A program made the position numbers and the translations under genes. This document shows, piece after piece, positions 7,722-17,655 of a DNA stretch of 64,000 nt. Every line of letters starts with the position of its first letter. Within the stretch, counting starts at the first letter, position 1. A model generated the notes under the pieces. That model was not told the origin of the DNA, ran no database searches, and saw only the letters and a list, made by a program, of their open reading frames with translations. The stretch lies in sequence record LR756502.1; one strand, 5' to 3'.

Positions 7722-8431
7722 ACACAAAGAAAAGATTAAAGAATTTAAGAAATATCGCACCTGACTATCCGAGGATACCTCATTTAGACAAGTCTATATC
7801 AAATATGACACATGATGATATTCAACTTGAGTTACCGATTCAATTCCCATTTACTTGTTGGGTACAGGAGAAGATAGATGGCGCAAACATTGGTGTCTCT
7901 TGGACAAGCGGTCCACTTATTAGAAATAGAAACAACATTCTTAAAAAGGGATATATTGAGAAGGAAACTCCAGCTAAACTTCAGTTTAGACCGGCTTGGA
8001 ATTGGATACATGAGCATGGAAAAGAGATTAGAGATATCTCCAAAGAGATTATGTCACCTATAACAATATATGGTGAGTGGATGATAGCTAAGCATTCAAT
8101 TGAATATAATAAGCTAAGTGATTGGTTTATTGCATATGATATTTATTCTGCTGAGGATGGAAGATTCTTCGCTCCTGATATTGTTGATAGTATCTTATCA
8201 AAAACAAGTATTAAATATATCAAACCAAGTAAAGTCACCTTTGATAATATTGACGAAATTGTTGAGTACTCTGAGAGAAAATCAGAATATAGAGATGGCG
8301 TTAGAGAGGGTATTGTTATTAAGGTATCAGATGGTAGATTCGTTGGTCAATCATTTAAGGTGGTAAATAGACACTTTGTTCGTAGAGAGGACTTCAATAC
8401 CATTGATATAATTAAGAATAAATTATCCTAG
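7718..8431 (+). CDS. Second RNA ligase-like protein
   Basis: YPRIPHL, QEKIDGANIG, IYGEW, FIAYDI, EGIVIK, FKVV. Confidence 0.75.
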   Translation: MNTKKRLKNLRNIAPDYPRIPHLDKSISNMTHDDIQLELPIQFPFTCWVQEKIDGANIGVSWTSGPLIRNRNNILKKGYIEKETPAKLQFRPAWNWIHEHGKEIRDISKEIMSPITIYGEWMIAKHSIEYNKLSDWFIAYDIYSAEDGRFFAPDIVDSILSKTSIKYIKPSKVTFDNIDEIVEYSERKSEYRDGVREGIVIKVSDGRFVGQSFKVVNRHFVRREDFNTIDIIKNKLS

Positions 8432-8463
8432 AAATTTGGTTTTAATACATTATTTTACTATAT

Positions 8464-8820
8464 TTGTGTATGATATTTGATAAAGACTTTAAGAAGAATT
8501 TTAAGATAGAAGGACGTTATCGTCCAGTTACATTCACTTCGGTTGTTGATGGTAGAAAATATGCGGTCTCTGGTAGTAGCTGGATTCACATACCAGATGA
8601 TATGACATATGAGGAGATATTGAATGGATATACTGAGATTACTATTAGTAAGAAAAACTCTGGTGATTTATATAAAGAAGTAATATCGTCAAAGGGTAAG
8701 ACCAAGTACAAAGTTGCTTTCAGATCCGGATCTTGGAGTTGTAGTTGTTCTGGTTTTTCTTTTAGAAGAAAGTGTACTCATATTGATGGAGTTAAAAACG
8801 ATTTAAAAAAATTATTCTAA
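8464..8820 (+). CDS. SWIM zinc-finger protein
   Basis: CSCSGFSFRRKCTH. Confidence 0.7.
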   Translation: MCMIFDKDFKKNFKIEGRYRPVTFTSVVDGRKYAVSGSSWIHIPDDMTYEEILNGYTEITISKKNSGDLYKEVISSKGKTKYKVAFRSGSWSCSCSGFSFRRKCTHIDGVKNDLKKLF

Positions 8821-9227
8821 TGGGACATTGTATAGATGTTTATCTGATTAATAAATCAGAGTTGAGAAATGGTAAAATTGACTCAGTTATATCAGTTAAT
8901 GATATCGCCGGAGATAATAATATTATTTGGACTGAGTTAAAAGAGGGAATTCTAGCTACCCCGTACATTAAAAATGTAAGAGAGTGGGGAAAGGGAAAGA
9001 CAATTGCTAAGATATCTACTGACTATTTTGGTGGTCCTGGTCACCAAACGGCTAAGCTATTCATTGATAATAATAAGGTGTATGATGCTAGTGATGAATT
9101 TGAATATAAAGAGGCTCCAATAAATGGTGTGTTGAAGATGATTGGTGTTATTGCTAAACCTGGTTCAGATGAATTTGATACAATTGGTCTCTCTAGATAT
9201 AGAAGTAATAATGATTTCAAAAAATGA
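8820..9227 (+). CDS. Hypothetical protein
   Basis: ORF track, coupled stop/start. Confidence 0.6.
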   Translation: MGHCIDVYLINKSELRNGKIDSVISVNDIAGDNNIIWTELKEGILATPYIKNVREWGKGKTIAKISTDYFGGPGHQTAKLFIDNNKVYDASDEFEYKEAPINGVLKMIGVIAKPGSDEFDTIGLSRYRSNNDFKK

Positions 9228-9763
9228 GAATTCCACCCGCAGCCGATATTGAGCCAATATTAACACTCGATGAAATTGATATAAAGCGTAATAAAGAAGT
9301 TACACTATCAAAAACCGATTGTTCTTTAGTTGCTAATAAAATAAGAGATCATCACGATAAGTATGATTTCTTTAACTCTGTTTTCCCTAAGTGTGCTGGT
9401 CAGCATTTCCTATATGAAAACTTTATTTATAGTCATGATGATGCAAATCACCTTAAAGTTAGCTATCCAAAACTTGGTATCTACCTAAATGCCTACCCTT
9501 GTGACCAAACTATTGAAGTTGAGTGGGTTGATCATCGAAGAACATGGGAATGGAATAGTAGATTCAGTGAGCACTGCTTTGTTGCTGAGCAAACATCTGA
9601 GTTAAAATATCTTCCACTTTGGAGTGACTCGATGATGATATATGGTGTTTGGGATAAAATGCCGGATTGGCGTCAATTAAAACAAGCATATGAGAGAACT
9701 TGGTGGTTTTGGAGAAGTCCGGAGGAGTTGAGAGATATGCAGATTAATAGACTATTAAGATGA
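9224..9763 (+). CDS. Hypothetical protein with C-terminal tag (LRDMQINRLLR)
   Basis: ORF track. Confidence 0.6.
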   Translation: MRIPPAADIEPILTLDEIDIKRNKEVTLSKTDCSLVANKIRDHHDKYDFFNSVFPKCAGQHFLYENFIYSHDDANHLKVSYPKLGIYLNAYPCDQTIEVEWVDHRRTWEWNSRFSEHCFVAEQTSELKYLPLWSDSMMIYGVWDKMPDWRQLKQAYERTWWFWRSPEELRDMQINRLLR

Positions 9764-10026
9764 TGGAAGAAGAAAAATATCACTTAATTATAAAAGAGTA
9801 TAAAAAATATGCTGTATCTATTCAGTCATATGAACTAGCCGCTCATCTAAGAGATATTGAGACAACATTTTTTAATGTATCATTACCAAATGTTCCGACA
9901 ACAATACATAACTATATCGGATTTAATAAGGATCTTTTAATTAATCACTTGAGTCTTTTACCACTAAAAGTAAAAGGATCAGAATTTATAATAAGAGATA
10001 TTAAACTAAGGGAGTTATTGGATTAG
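9760..10026 (+). CDS. Hypothetical protein with C-terminal tag (IRDIKLRELLD)
   Basis: ORF track. Confidence 0.6.
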   Translation: MMEEEKYHLIIKEYKKYAVSIQSYELAAHLRDIETTFFNVSLPNVPTTIHNYIGFNKDLLINHLSLLPLKVKGSEFIIRDIKLRELLD

Positions 10027-10394
10027 TCTTTAATCTGATTGGACCATGGTAGTTTTAAACCATCATCTTTATTTCTAGGAACAAGATGTATATGTAGGTG
10101 GAAGACAGATTGTGTTGCATTTTCTCCTTTACTTGTTATTAGATTAAATTCACCACCAATAGATTTGGCTAGCTCACTAGCTCTAAGCATCGCATTAGCA
10201 GTTATATCTGGGTTATCTGTAAAATCATCAACATGAGCTTTTGGAATGACAAGAATGTGTCCTGGTACAACAGGTCCTAGTGGTATTATTGCTATACAAT
10301 CATCCCATTCTTTTACTATTGTTGACTTTGCATTTCCATTAGCTATACTACAAAATATGCAGTTATTATTTTTACTTTCTGTAAATTTTCTCAT
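10023..10394 (-). CDS. HIT family nucleotide hydrolase
   Basis: CIFCSI, PGHILVIPK.H, QSVFHLHIHLVP. Confidence 0.92.
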   Translation of the reverse strand: MRKFTESKNNNCIFCSIANGNAKSTIVKEWDDCIAIIPLGPVVPGHILVIPKAHVDDFTDNPDITANAMLRASELAKSIGGEFNLITSKGENATQSVFHLHIHLVPRNKDDGLKLPWSNQIKD

Positions 10395-10767
10395 ATATTT
10401 TTAATATTTTAATATTTTGGTAACTTCATATCAGTAGTTATCTCAATTCTGAATCCAAATCCAGTCTCATCATCACTACCATATTTAATTTCTGTGTCAT
10501 ATTGACTACCATGAAATGTAATAGGTTTTGGACCATTCATTTGTTGTTGTCTCCTCAACTTCTCTTCTTTTTCTTTCGCCTCTTGTCTTAATACCATTTC
10601 TTCGAATGTCATCTCTGGTTGGATTGGTTGTTGTGGCTCTTGTCTTGTTGAGAATTGTTGATCAACCCCATACTTACGAAGAATTTCTTCAGCTTCGTAT
10701 CCAGTTACTTCTCTCTCTGATTCAACTTGTTGAGGTTGAACTATTCTAACTGTTGGTCTTTCCATAA

Positions 10768-10995
10768 TTATAGACTTTCTATTTTATCTTTTATCTTCTT
10801 AATTACTGAGAACATTTTACCAAAGTATTCAAATCTTTCCTCCTCAGTCATGTGTTCCCAATTGTCCCACTCATCACCAAAATATTCCTGTTCTGATATA
10901 TTCCATCTCATCTCAGGGAGACTAGATACTAAATCTTTTAACTCATCTATATCATTGCCTGATACGCCTTCATTGAATTTATTCAAATGTTTCAT
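10768..10995 (-). CDS. Hypothetical protein with N-terminal tag (MKHLNKFNE)
   Basis: Shared N-terminal motif; TAATATATA upstream. Confidence 0.65.
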   Translation of the reverse strand: MKHLNKFNEGVSGNDIDELKDLVSSLPEMRWNISEQEYFGDEWDNWEHMTEEERFEYFGKMFSVIKKIKDKIESL

Positions 10996-11005
10996 AATTT
11001 ATATA

Positions 11006-11488
11006 TTAATTTTTTACTATATTAATTCTATTACCACCATAGTAGTCTAGTCTATATCCCGGTATAGGATTTCTCTCCAAATATCTAACATACATACTTG
11101 TTCTCTGTGTTACATATTGCCTTTCTTTCTCCTTTGCTAAACCAACCATTGTTATTTTCTTAACAAATGGTTTTCTTTTAATAAAGTCATTTAGAATCTC
11201 TCCAAATATAGTTTTTAGAATCCTATATGGATTAACATTTACTACTTTAGAGACATCATAGTAATCTTTAGATTCATCATATACAAAGTAGCATACTTCA
11301 TACTCTGTAATTAATTCACCTTTTTTTGGTTTTAAATTCCTAATTCCTTTGAACTCAACGAGGTATTTATTACCTTCATTATCTAAAAATTCATATCTAA
11401 CTTTCTTATTATCATCATTGATCAATTCCCATTGATAGGAATCAACTGATTCAAATAATAAGTCGTATATCGAATTTAAATACTTCAT
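11006..11488 (-). CDS. Hypothetical protein with N-terminal tag variant (MKYLNSIYDLLFES)
   Basis: ORF track. Confidence 0.6.
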   Translation of the reverse strand: MKYLNSIYDLLFESVDSYQWELINDDNKKVRYEFLDNEGNKYLVEFKGIRNLKPKKGELITEYEVCYFVYDESKDYYDVSKVVNVNPYRILKTIFGEILNDFIKRKPFVKKITMVGLAKEKERQYVTQRTSMYVRYLERNPIPGYRLDYYGGNRINIVKN

Positions 11489-11505
11489 ATTTAATATATA
11501 TTAAA

Positions 11506-12339
11506 ATGATTAAACTTAAAACATACGAGGAGTTTAACTGGTCACCGGAAAGTAGCACCATAGCTGGATACGTATTTTCATTACTCGCTGCTAAAATAGG
11601 ATCAAAACTACTTCTAAAAAAGAAGGAAAGAGATAGTGTAAAGAAGATGATGAAAAATTCTATATACACAACATCCTCTAAATGGCTAATATCTGAAACC
11701 GGAGATTTGATAAACATATCTAATATAGATACAAAGAGGGTTTTTACTATTGATAAGAAAAATAGAACGATTGAATATAAGTCGGAAATTTATCCACTAA
11801 AAGCAAAATTAAATAAAAATGATATAACAGAAATAGTTGATAGTGTTTATTTTGCTAAAGATGTCTCTGAGTCAATAGATGATTGTTTCTATGATTTAGT
11901 CGATGAGGGATTTACTGTAACTCTTATATCCCTTAATTTTACTAAAAAAGCCTTTGCTATAAAAATAACACTGAAAGGTGATAGAGAAAGTTGGGGTAGA
12001 GATAGGACTATACCTATTCATCAAATAGGAGTTCAATTAAATGAGACTTTGCAAAAAATAATTGGACAGTATGATGTTGTTGTGGATGATTTACCTGGAG
12101 TAAATGATCTTACTCAGAGATATGGTGTAAGGTCTGTTCCTGATGATGGGTATATAGTTACTGAATATAAAGATGGGGTTATTAAAATTATCCCATTTAA
12201 TAGTGACCGAGATGTTGTTCCTGTATCATCATTAATATCTACTGACATTGATCTAATGGATATGCCTAATATATGGTCAAGTTTTGGTAAAGGTATACCA
12301 CAATTAAAGGCTCTTACAATACCATTTATAAAGAAATGA
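11506..12339 (+). CDS. Hypothetical protein with N-terminal tag (MIKLKTYEEF)
   Basis: ORF track. Confidence 0.65.
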   Translation: MIKLKTYEEFNWSPESSTIAGYVFSLLAAKIGSKLLLKKKERDSVKKMMKNSIYTTSSKWLISETGDLINISNIDTKRVFTIDKKNRTIEYKSEIYPLKAKLNKNDITEIVDSVYFAKDVSESIDDCFYDLVDEGFTVTLISLNFTKKAFAIKITLKGDRESWGRDRTIPIHQIGVQLNETLQKIIGQYDVVVDDLPGVNDLTQRYGVRSVPDDGYIVTEYKDGVIKIIPFNSDRDVVPVSSLISTDIDLMDMPNIWSSFGKGIPQLKALTIPFIKK

Positions 12340-12761
12340 AATATATAAAGACATTTGAAAATAATAAGCCCACGAAACAGTTGATTATAGATCAGTTGAA
12401 TTCTATAGTTGATGATGCTTTTGCTACTATAGAAGATGATGGATTTGAGATGGAACAAGGGCATAAGGGAACTAGAAATTGGGATATTGTTAGGGTATAT
12501 ACTAGACTTAATATAAAAGGTATTAATAGACTTCATTTTGTTGGCGAAGTTACTGGTGAGCATTGGAAAATGGCCACCTTTATTCCTTGTAAAATTAAAT
12601 ATGAAACATGTTTTAACTTAAACCCGGAGATGTATGATGATATTATAAAAGATGTTGAAAATGCTATGATTATGATATCTGGATTATCTGGGTTGAGTTT
12701 CAGCTTTAGCTTTACTAATTTCTATGGACAAGACAAAATTATATTTCAATTAAGAGTATGA
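12336..12761 (+). CDS. Hypothetical protein with N-terminal tag (MKYIKTFEN)
   Basis: ORF track. Confidence 0.65.
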   Translation: MKYIKTFENNKPTKQLIIDQLNSIVDDAFATIEDDGFEMEQGHKGTRNWDIVRVYTRLNIKGINRLHFVGEVTGEHWKMATFIPCKIKYETCFNLNPEMYDDIIKDVENAMIMISGLSGLSFSFSFTNFYGQDKIIFQLRV

Positions 12762-13222
12762 TGTATATAAAAACATATGAGAATTTCGATAATATTTTAT
12801 ATAGTATTGTTGGTGGATCAAAAGAGAACTTTGAGTTCTTGTCAAATTTTGATGCAATTCCTAGTATTGAATCATACCTAAGTAGCCCAAGAATTAAAAT
12901 TGTTGAAGCTAGATTAAATGATGAATTAATAGCATGTTCTATGTTTGTATTGAAGGAGAACTCAGTTCATCTTAATTATACCTTTGTTATTGATTCATAT
13001 AGAAACAAAGGAGTTAACCAAGGTCTAAAGAAAACTCTTGTGGATTGGTGTTCAAAAAACGGATATGCGAAAATTACTTGTAATGTAAGAGAGAGTAATA
13101 TACCATCTCTATCATCCTTGATTAAGTCTGGATTTAATATTAATACCAACTATAATGATTTGAAATACCCAGATGGAGAAAAGAAAATACCACTTTACTA
13201 TGAAGTATCTAAGAACATATGA
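12758..13222 (+). CDS. GNAT acetyltransferase with N-terminal tag (MMYIKTYENF)
   Basis: TFVIDSYRNKGVNQGL, NVRESNIPSLSSLIKSGF. Confidence 0.8.
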   Translation: MMYIKTYENFDNILYSIVGGSKENFEFLSNFDAIPSIESYLSSPRIKIVEARLNDELIACSMFVLKENSVHLNYTFVIDSYRNKGVNQGLKKTLVDWCSKNGYAKITCNVRESNIPSLSSLIKSGFNINTNYNDLKYPDGEKKIPLYYEVSKNI

Positions 13223-13769
13223 GGGATTTGATCACCTATCAGAGAGAGGTATTGATCCGAAGAGAACTTATTTTGTGCATGATGAAGAGTCTAATAATAC
13301 TTATTTCTTTCTATATAATCTAAGTGGTATTTGTGTTGGTTATCAGAAATATAATCCTGATAATGAGAAGGCTGGTGGTCTTGGTTGGATGGGTAGATAT
13401 TTTACAAAGGCTAATAAAGAAGCAACTGGTCATACTAAAATAGCTGTATATGGTCTGGAGACATATCAATTAGATAAAGACTATTTCTTTGTCGCAGAGG
13501 GTATATTTGATATAATTAAAGTTCATAATACTGGAGAGCCAGGAATTGCAAACCTTGGTTGCTCTCTATCTAATCAAGCTAAGAATTGGTATATGAGTCT
13601 GTCTCAAAAGAAAATTGTTATACAAGATAGAGATGATGCTGGTACCGAACTTGGATCAATTGGTGATTATATTTATACCGTTCCTGAACCATATAAGGAT
13701 CTTGGTGAAATGCCACAGTCTGAAGTAAATGAATTTATTAGAAATATTAAGAGTGAACTAGGAATTTAA
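13200..13769 (+). CDS. Toprim/primase-like protein with N-terminal tag (MKYLRTYEGF)
   Basis: FVAEGIFD, IQDRDDAG, YKDLGE; likely start ATG 13200. Confidence 0.65.
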   Translation: MKYLRTYEGFDHLSERGIDPKRTYFVHDEESNNTYFFLYNLSGICVGYQKYNPDNEKAGGLGWMGRYFTKANKEATGHTKIAVYGLETYQLDKDYFFVAEGIFDIIKVHNTGEPGIANLGCSLSNQAKNWYMSLSQKKIVIQDRDDAGTELGSIGDYIYTVPEPYKDLGEMPQSEVNEFIRNIKSELGI

Positions 13770-15899
13770 TTTCTTAAACTCTTCAAATCCTTTTAGATGT
13801 TCCAGCTTACTTATATCAATTTTGAACTTTTTTAATAATTTAGGTGGAAGTATAAGCTTAGCAGCAGCTACCGCTATATCAAAGTCATTATACTCTGTTG
13901 CTATGTACTCACAAAGTCCTTTGTTTAATGCACCTTTATTCAGAAGACCTATTAGTCTACTTTTATATTCCTGTTCTAAATTATTCTTCTGTATATAAGC
14001 GATTGAATCTTCTGCTAGAGCATTGGTGCTATGAATAAAGTCAAAGTCATTTTCTATTATCCATTTAACTATTCTATCATCTAGTAGTCCATGTTGCCAT
14101 GAAATTAATTTATAGTGTTTTGAAATATCTAATATTCCTTTAGATACTAGTAATTCTATAAATTCCTCTGCTGTCCCGCCTTTGCATTTAATGAAATCAT
14201 ATTTATTATCCAAGAAAAATTTAGATATTGATACGATAAAGTCATCCTCCGAGTCCGAATTGTTTGGTGAGATGTTTTTATCATCTAGTATATCAAATAG
14301 ATCAATACCGATCCAATCTTTATCAAATGAGCAAATATCTAACAATCTAAATCCGATAACATTTTCAATGTCTATTTTTAGTTTAATATTTTTTTCTTTG
14401 AGTATATTTTTAAAATATTTAAAGAATTCCTCATCCTTGAAACTTTCATAGGAAAAGGAGTAGTCCTCCTCATCATCGAAATTTTCCTGACATTCTATAA
14501 AATCTCCAAGTAACTTCGATAGAGAAGCTACTGGGTTTTTAAGAGATAGACATCTATTTACTTTCTCGGAATATAGCTCCTTAATTTTGAACTCTATACC
14601 CCAAAGGTCATTTTTATCATAATCATATAATGTGTAGAAAGCGTCTAGTATGTTTTTGAACTCTATTTTTAGAGATTCGGTTCCTACTTTTGTACTTTTC
14701 CTTCTATTACTAGGTCCAGTATAATGTGTTATTCCATTAATTATATCCTTCGCTGTATCTTGGCAGTCGTCATCATCTTCCCAGTGAGCGGCATGAATTT
14801 TTTTATCAACACCCATTGTAATACCCATTACTGACTGTTCATCTACTAATGGAGTTTTCCCTTTGACAAACAATACTAATTGTATTCTCTTCTCCTCTGT
14901 TACATAATCATTGAACGTATCTTCATCATCCACTATACACCAATAAGAACTTCCGAATTTTTTAATTCCCTCATAGTTAACTGCGATGATTAAATATCTC
15001 TCATCATCGTAGATGAATTTTATATATGGTGTTTCTATTACAGTTGGTCCTGATAGATAATGTCTATTATTTCCTGAATCTCGGTTTATTATAATTTTTG
15101 GGCTTGATAAAGATATCTTTTTAATATCTTCAATAGATGCCATATTTAGTAACTTGCTAATATCCTCAGTTAATCTATCACATGCGTCATCATCATAGTC
15201 GCTATATCTACCCGATTTCTTGGATAGAAAATCAATGATAATATCTTTCTTATCTTTATGTAAGGCTAAAAATGATGTGAATTTTGACCAAGGAGAATCA
15301 CCATCACCTCTACCAGTACCATCACACTTTCCACATTTTACTTGACCATCATCACAAGATGTACATTTATGTAATCCATTTCCATTACACTTTGTACACT
15401 CAATATCCTTTTTTTTGGCTTTATCCCATGTGTCGCCATTTCCATCACAAGCTTTACACTCAATTTCACCATCCCCAGTACATGTGATACACTCATCATT
15501 ACCTGATCCATAACATTGACTACATTCTTCTGATCCAGATTCTTTTAACTCTTCTCTAGTTCTTGATGGAATAGCACCAATCATTTGATTAACCGCCGCC
15601 TCGGAATCTCCTCTAATAATCGAGTCGATTATTTCCTCGGGAGATTTGTATTCATCTATTTGTTTTGGTAAGCTAGTTCCTTTAATTCTTTTAAATAGAT
15701 TTTCCAATTGTGTATATGGGACCTTATCTTTGAACATCCACTCAGTAAACTTACCAAGATATCCTGAATTTCTATTTAATAAAGCTCTTAATTTAACAAA
15801 ATCTTTATTGGTCTCAGGAATACTAAGTACCTTAAGAACACTTCTAGCCTTTTGTAGGTTCTCGTTTATTAGAGTGAAATTGGAATATTTTGGTATCAT
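13758..15899 (-). CDS. Large protein with DnaJ-like CxxCxGxG zinc-finger repeats
   Basis: CSQCYGSG, CITCTGDG, CKACDGNG, CTKCNGNG, CGKCDGTG; no J-domain HPD motif seen. Confidence 0.65.
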   Translation of the reverse strand: MIPKYSNFTLINENLQKARSVLKVLSIPETNKDFVKLRALLNRNSGYLGKFTEWMFKDKVPYTQLENLFKRIKGTSLPKQIDEYKSPEEIIDSIIRGDSEAAVNQMIGAIPSRTREELKESGSEECSQCYGSGNDECITCTGDGEIECKACDGNGDTWDKAKKKDIECTKCNGNGLHKCTSCDDGQVKCGKCDGTGRGDGDSPWSKFTSFLALHKDKKDIIIDFLSKKSGRYSDYDDDACDRLTEDISKLLNMASIEDIKKISLSSPKIIINRDSGNNRHYLSGPTVIETPYIKFIYDDERYLIIAVNYEGIKKFGSSYWCIVDDEDTFNDYVTEEKRIQLVLFVKGKTPLVDEQSVMGITMGVDKKIHAAHWEDDDDCQDTAKDIINGITHYTGPSNRRKSTKVGTESLKIEFKNILDAFYTLYDYDKNDLWGIEFKIKELYSEKVNRCLSLKNPVASLSKLLGDFIECQENFDDEEDYSFSYESFKDEEFFKYFKNILKEKNIKLKIDIENVIGFRLLDICSFDKDWIGIDLFDILDDKNISPNNSDSEDDFIVSISKFFLDNKYDFIKCKGGTAEEFIELLVSKGILDISKHYKLISWQHGLLDDRIVKWIIENDFDFIHSTNALAEDSIAYIQKNNLEQEYKSRLIGLLNKGALNKGLCEYIATEYNDFDIAVAAAKLILPPKLLKKFKIDISKLEHLKGFEEFKKLNS

Positions 15900-15932
15900 G
15901 ATAACTATATATTAAAGTTTAAGGATAAAAAA

Positions 15933-16487
15933 CTATATATGTTTCCATCTTCTTCTATTTACTATATTCGCTACTGTTTGCTTTGCTATTCCATATTTCT
16001 TTACCAGCTTTCCATATGAGTAACCGCTTTCTCTTAATGATCTTAGCTCTCTTACTTGATCTTCTGTAAGCTTTGATTTTCCGTTTTTTTCTCCCGGACA
16101 TTTTTGTATACCATTTCCTTCTTTTATTCTCTTGTACATTATCTCTCTTAGCTTAGCCTTGGTTTCCTCGCTGTGTTTTTTACCACTCCAACAATCTCCC
16201 CCTTCTCCACCATTTGTTCCATTATAAAGTTTAAATCCCCAAGATTTTATTTGTGATATCCAGAATTTTTCCCAATAGTCCTCTTCTCCTTTATTGACTA
16301 TATCTATAATGGAGATAGTGATATCTTCTCCATTGGATAGTATTTTATTTATTTTTTTTTCTTTATGTGTCCTTTTTAGTATGCACTCCTTTTTATGTTT
16401 ATTTAGTCTTGTAGATAGGCTTATTGTCTTACCTACATAGAATAGGGTGTTATTGTGCTCAAGTGTGTATATGTAATATTTTTCCAT
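15933..16487 (-). CDS. GIY-YIG homing endonuclease with NUMOD3 and C-terminal HTH
   Basis: YYIYTL..FYVGKT, GKKHSEETKAKL, GEKNGKSKLTEDQV. Confidence 0.85.
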   Translation of the reverse strand: MEKYYIYTLEHNNTLFYVGKTISLSTRLNKHKKECILKRTHKEKKINKILSNGEDITISIIDIVNKGEEDYWEKFWISQIKSWGFKLYNGTNGGEGGDCWSGKKHSEETKAKLREIMYKRIKEGNGIQKCPGEKNGKSKLTEDQVRELRSLRESGYSYGKLVKKYGIAKQTVANIVNRRRWKHI

Positions 16488-16570
16488 AGTTTATATATTA
16501 TTCTCACGAGCTTACCTTTTTTTCATGAAAAAGTAAAACAAAGAAGAATTTTATAATATATACTTTATAT

Positions 16571-16675
16571 TGCGGGGTAGGGAAGTGGTCATCCCGAGAC
16601 GCTCGTTTTTGATTCTTAAATGATGAAGAAGTGAGATAACGTTTAGATCGTTGGTTCGAATCCAACCCATCGCTA
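16571..16675 (+). tRNA. Initiator-Met-like tRNA interrupted by a 31-nt insert in the anticodon loop
   Basis: AGACG-CTC[31 nt]ATAA-CGTTT; intact D- and T-arms; U1:U72 mismatch. Confidence 0.65.
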
Positions 16676-16834
16676 CAAGAAGGAAGTATTGAAACCCATT
16701 AAAAAGAGAATATACAGACGGGGATCTTTTGAAATTCAGTACTTCTGAAGAATTATAAAAAGTTTACAAAAAATTTGGTGAGGTTAAAAAGTCACCTTAT
16801 CTTTGTAAAAGAAAATTAGAAATAAAAGATATAT

Positions 16835-16909
16835 TGCGGAGGGGTGAAACGGAATTCATGTAAGTCTCATAAACTTTTTCGATAATTGGTTCGACTCCAA
16901 TCTCCGCTA
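16835..16909 (+). tRNA. tRNA-Met(CAU), initiator-like (1:72 mismatch)
   Basis: AAGT-CTCATAA-ACTT, TGCGGAG/CTCCGCT. Confidence 0.8.
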
Positions 16910-16947
16910 CAAAAGAATAAAAACAAAATATTAATAAATTAGAAATA

Positions 16948-17100
16948 ATGAATAGATTTACTAACATAGAAACAATAGGGTACACAGGGTATGAGGGCGC
17001 GTATAGCGAACTTTTAGTCAGACCTTTGTCTATGTTATAATGTAAAATATTATACAATTTGATAAAATCCAGTCTGATTAATTTCAGACTGGATTTTTTG
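16948..17100 (+). promoter_or_regulatory. Attenuator 4: leader MNRFTNIETIGYTGYEGAYSELLVRPLSML (16948-17040) + terminator (17064-17100)
   Basis: Tyr x3, Glu x3; TAGTCAGAC (17015-17023) pairs with GTCTGATTA (17072-17080); followed by Glu/Tyr tRNAs. Confidence 0.8.
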
Positions 17101-17160
17101 TGTTTAAAGTTCTTTGAAGATTGAAATTTGGGAGTATAACGTTCCCACCAAAACCAATAT

Positions 17161-17245
17161 GCTACGGTATGCAAATTGGACTAAGCGCCCAGACTTTCAA
17201 TCTGGTCACGAAAGTGGATTGCGGGTTCGAATCCCGTCCGTAGTA
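17161..17245 (+). tRNA. tRNA with Glu(UUC) anticodon, Leu-like body and variable arm
   Basis: CCAGA-CTTTCAA-TCTGG; V-arm CAC-GAAA-GTG. Confidence 0.8.
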
Positions 17246-17259
17246 CAAATATAAAGCAC

Positions 17260-17343
17260 GGGAGTGCGCCAACGTTGGAGAGTTGGGCTAGTCTGTAAAA
17301 CTAGTGGCTTATGCCTGAGTGAGTTCGATTCTCACCACTCCCA
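17260..17343 (+). tRNA. tRNA-Tyr(GUA)
   Basis: CTAGT-CTGTAAA-ACTAG, V-arm. Confidence 0.85.
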
Positions 17344-17354
17344 CAAAGACAGAA

Positions 17355-17426
17355 GGTCCTGTCGACTAAAGGTTAGGTCAACACCCTTTCAAGGTGTAGA
17401 TACGGGTTCGATCCCCGTCAGGATCA
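17355..17426 (+). tRNA. tRNA-Glu(UUC)
   Basis: ACACC-CTTTCAA-GGTGT. Confidence 0.9.
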
Positions 17427-17431
17427 CAAAT

Positions 17432-17513
17432 GGGTCGTTAGCAAAGCGGCAAAGTCGAGGGACTGTAAATCCCTTCCCTTCGGGGTTCGTAGGTTCGAGT
17501 CCTACACGGCCCA
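17432..17513 (+). tRNA. tRNA-Tyr(GUA)
   Basis: AGGGA-CTGTAAA-TCCCT, V-arm. Confidence 0.9.
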
Positions 17514-17522
17514 CTAAAATAT

Positions 17523-17596
17523 GTTCCTATCGACTACGTTGGTTAGGTCACCTGCTTCTCAGGCAGGAGAACTCGGATCGTCACCGAGTGGGAATA
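17523..17596 (+). tRNA. tRNA-Glu(CUC)
   Basis: CCTGC-TTCTCAG-GCAGG. Confidence 0.85.
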
Positions 17597-17655
17597 CAAA
17601 AAATAAAAAGAGAGATTAAACTTTTAATATATACAATTATATAAAACAAGAAACT

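Noticed and set aside
13758-15899. dnaJ gene call
   Set aside because: Only the zinc-finger repeats are present; no HPD J-domain.
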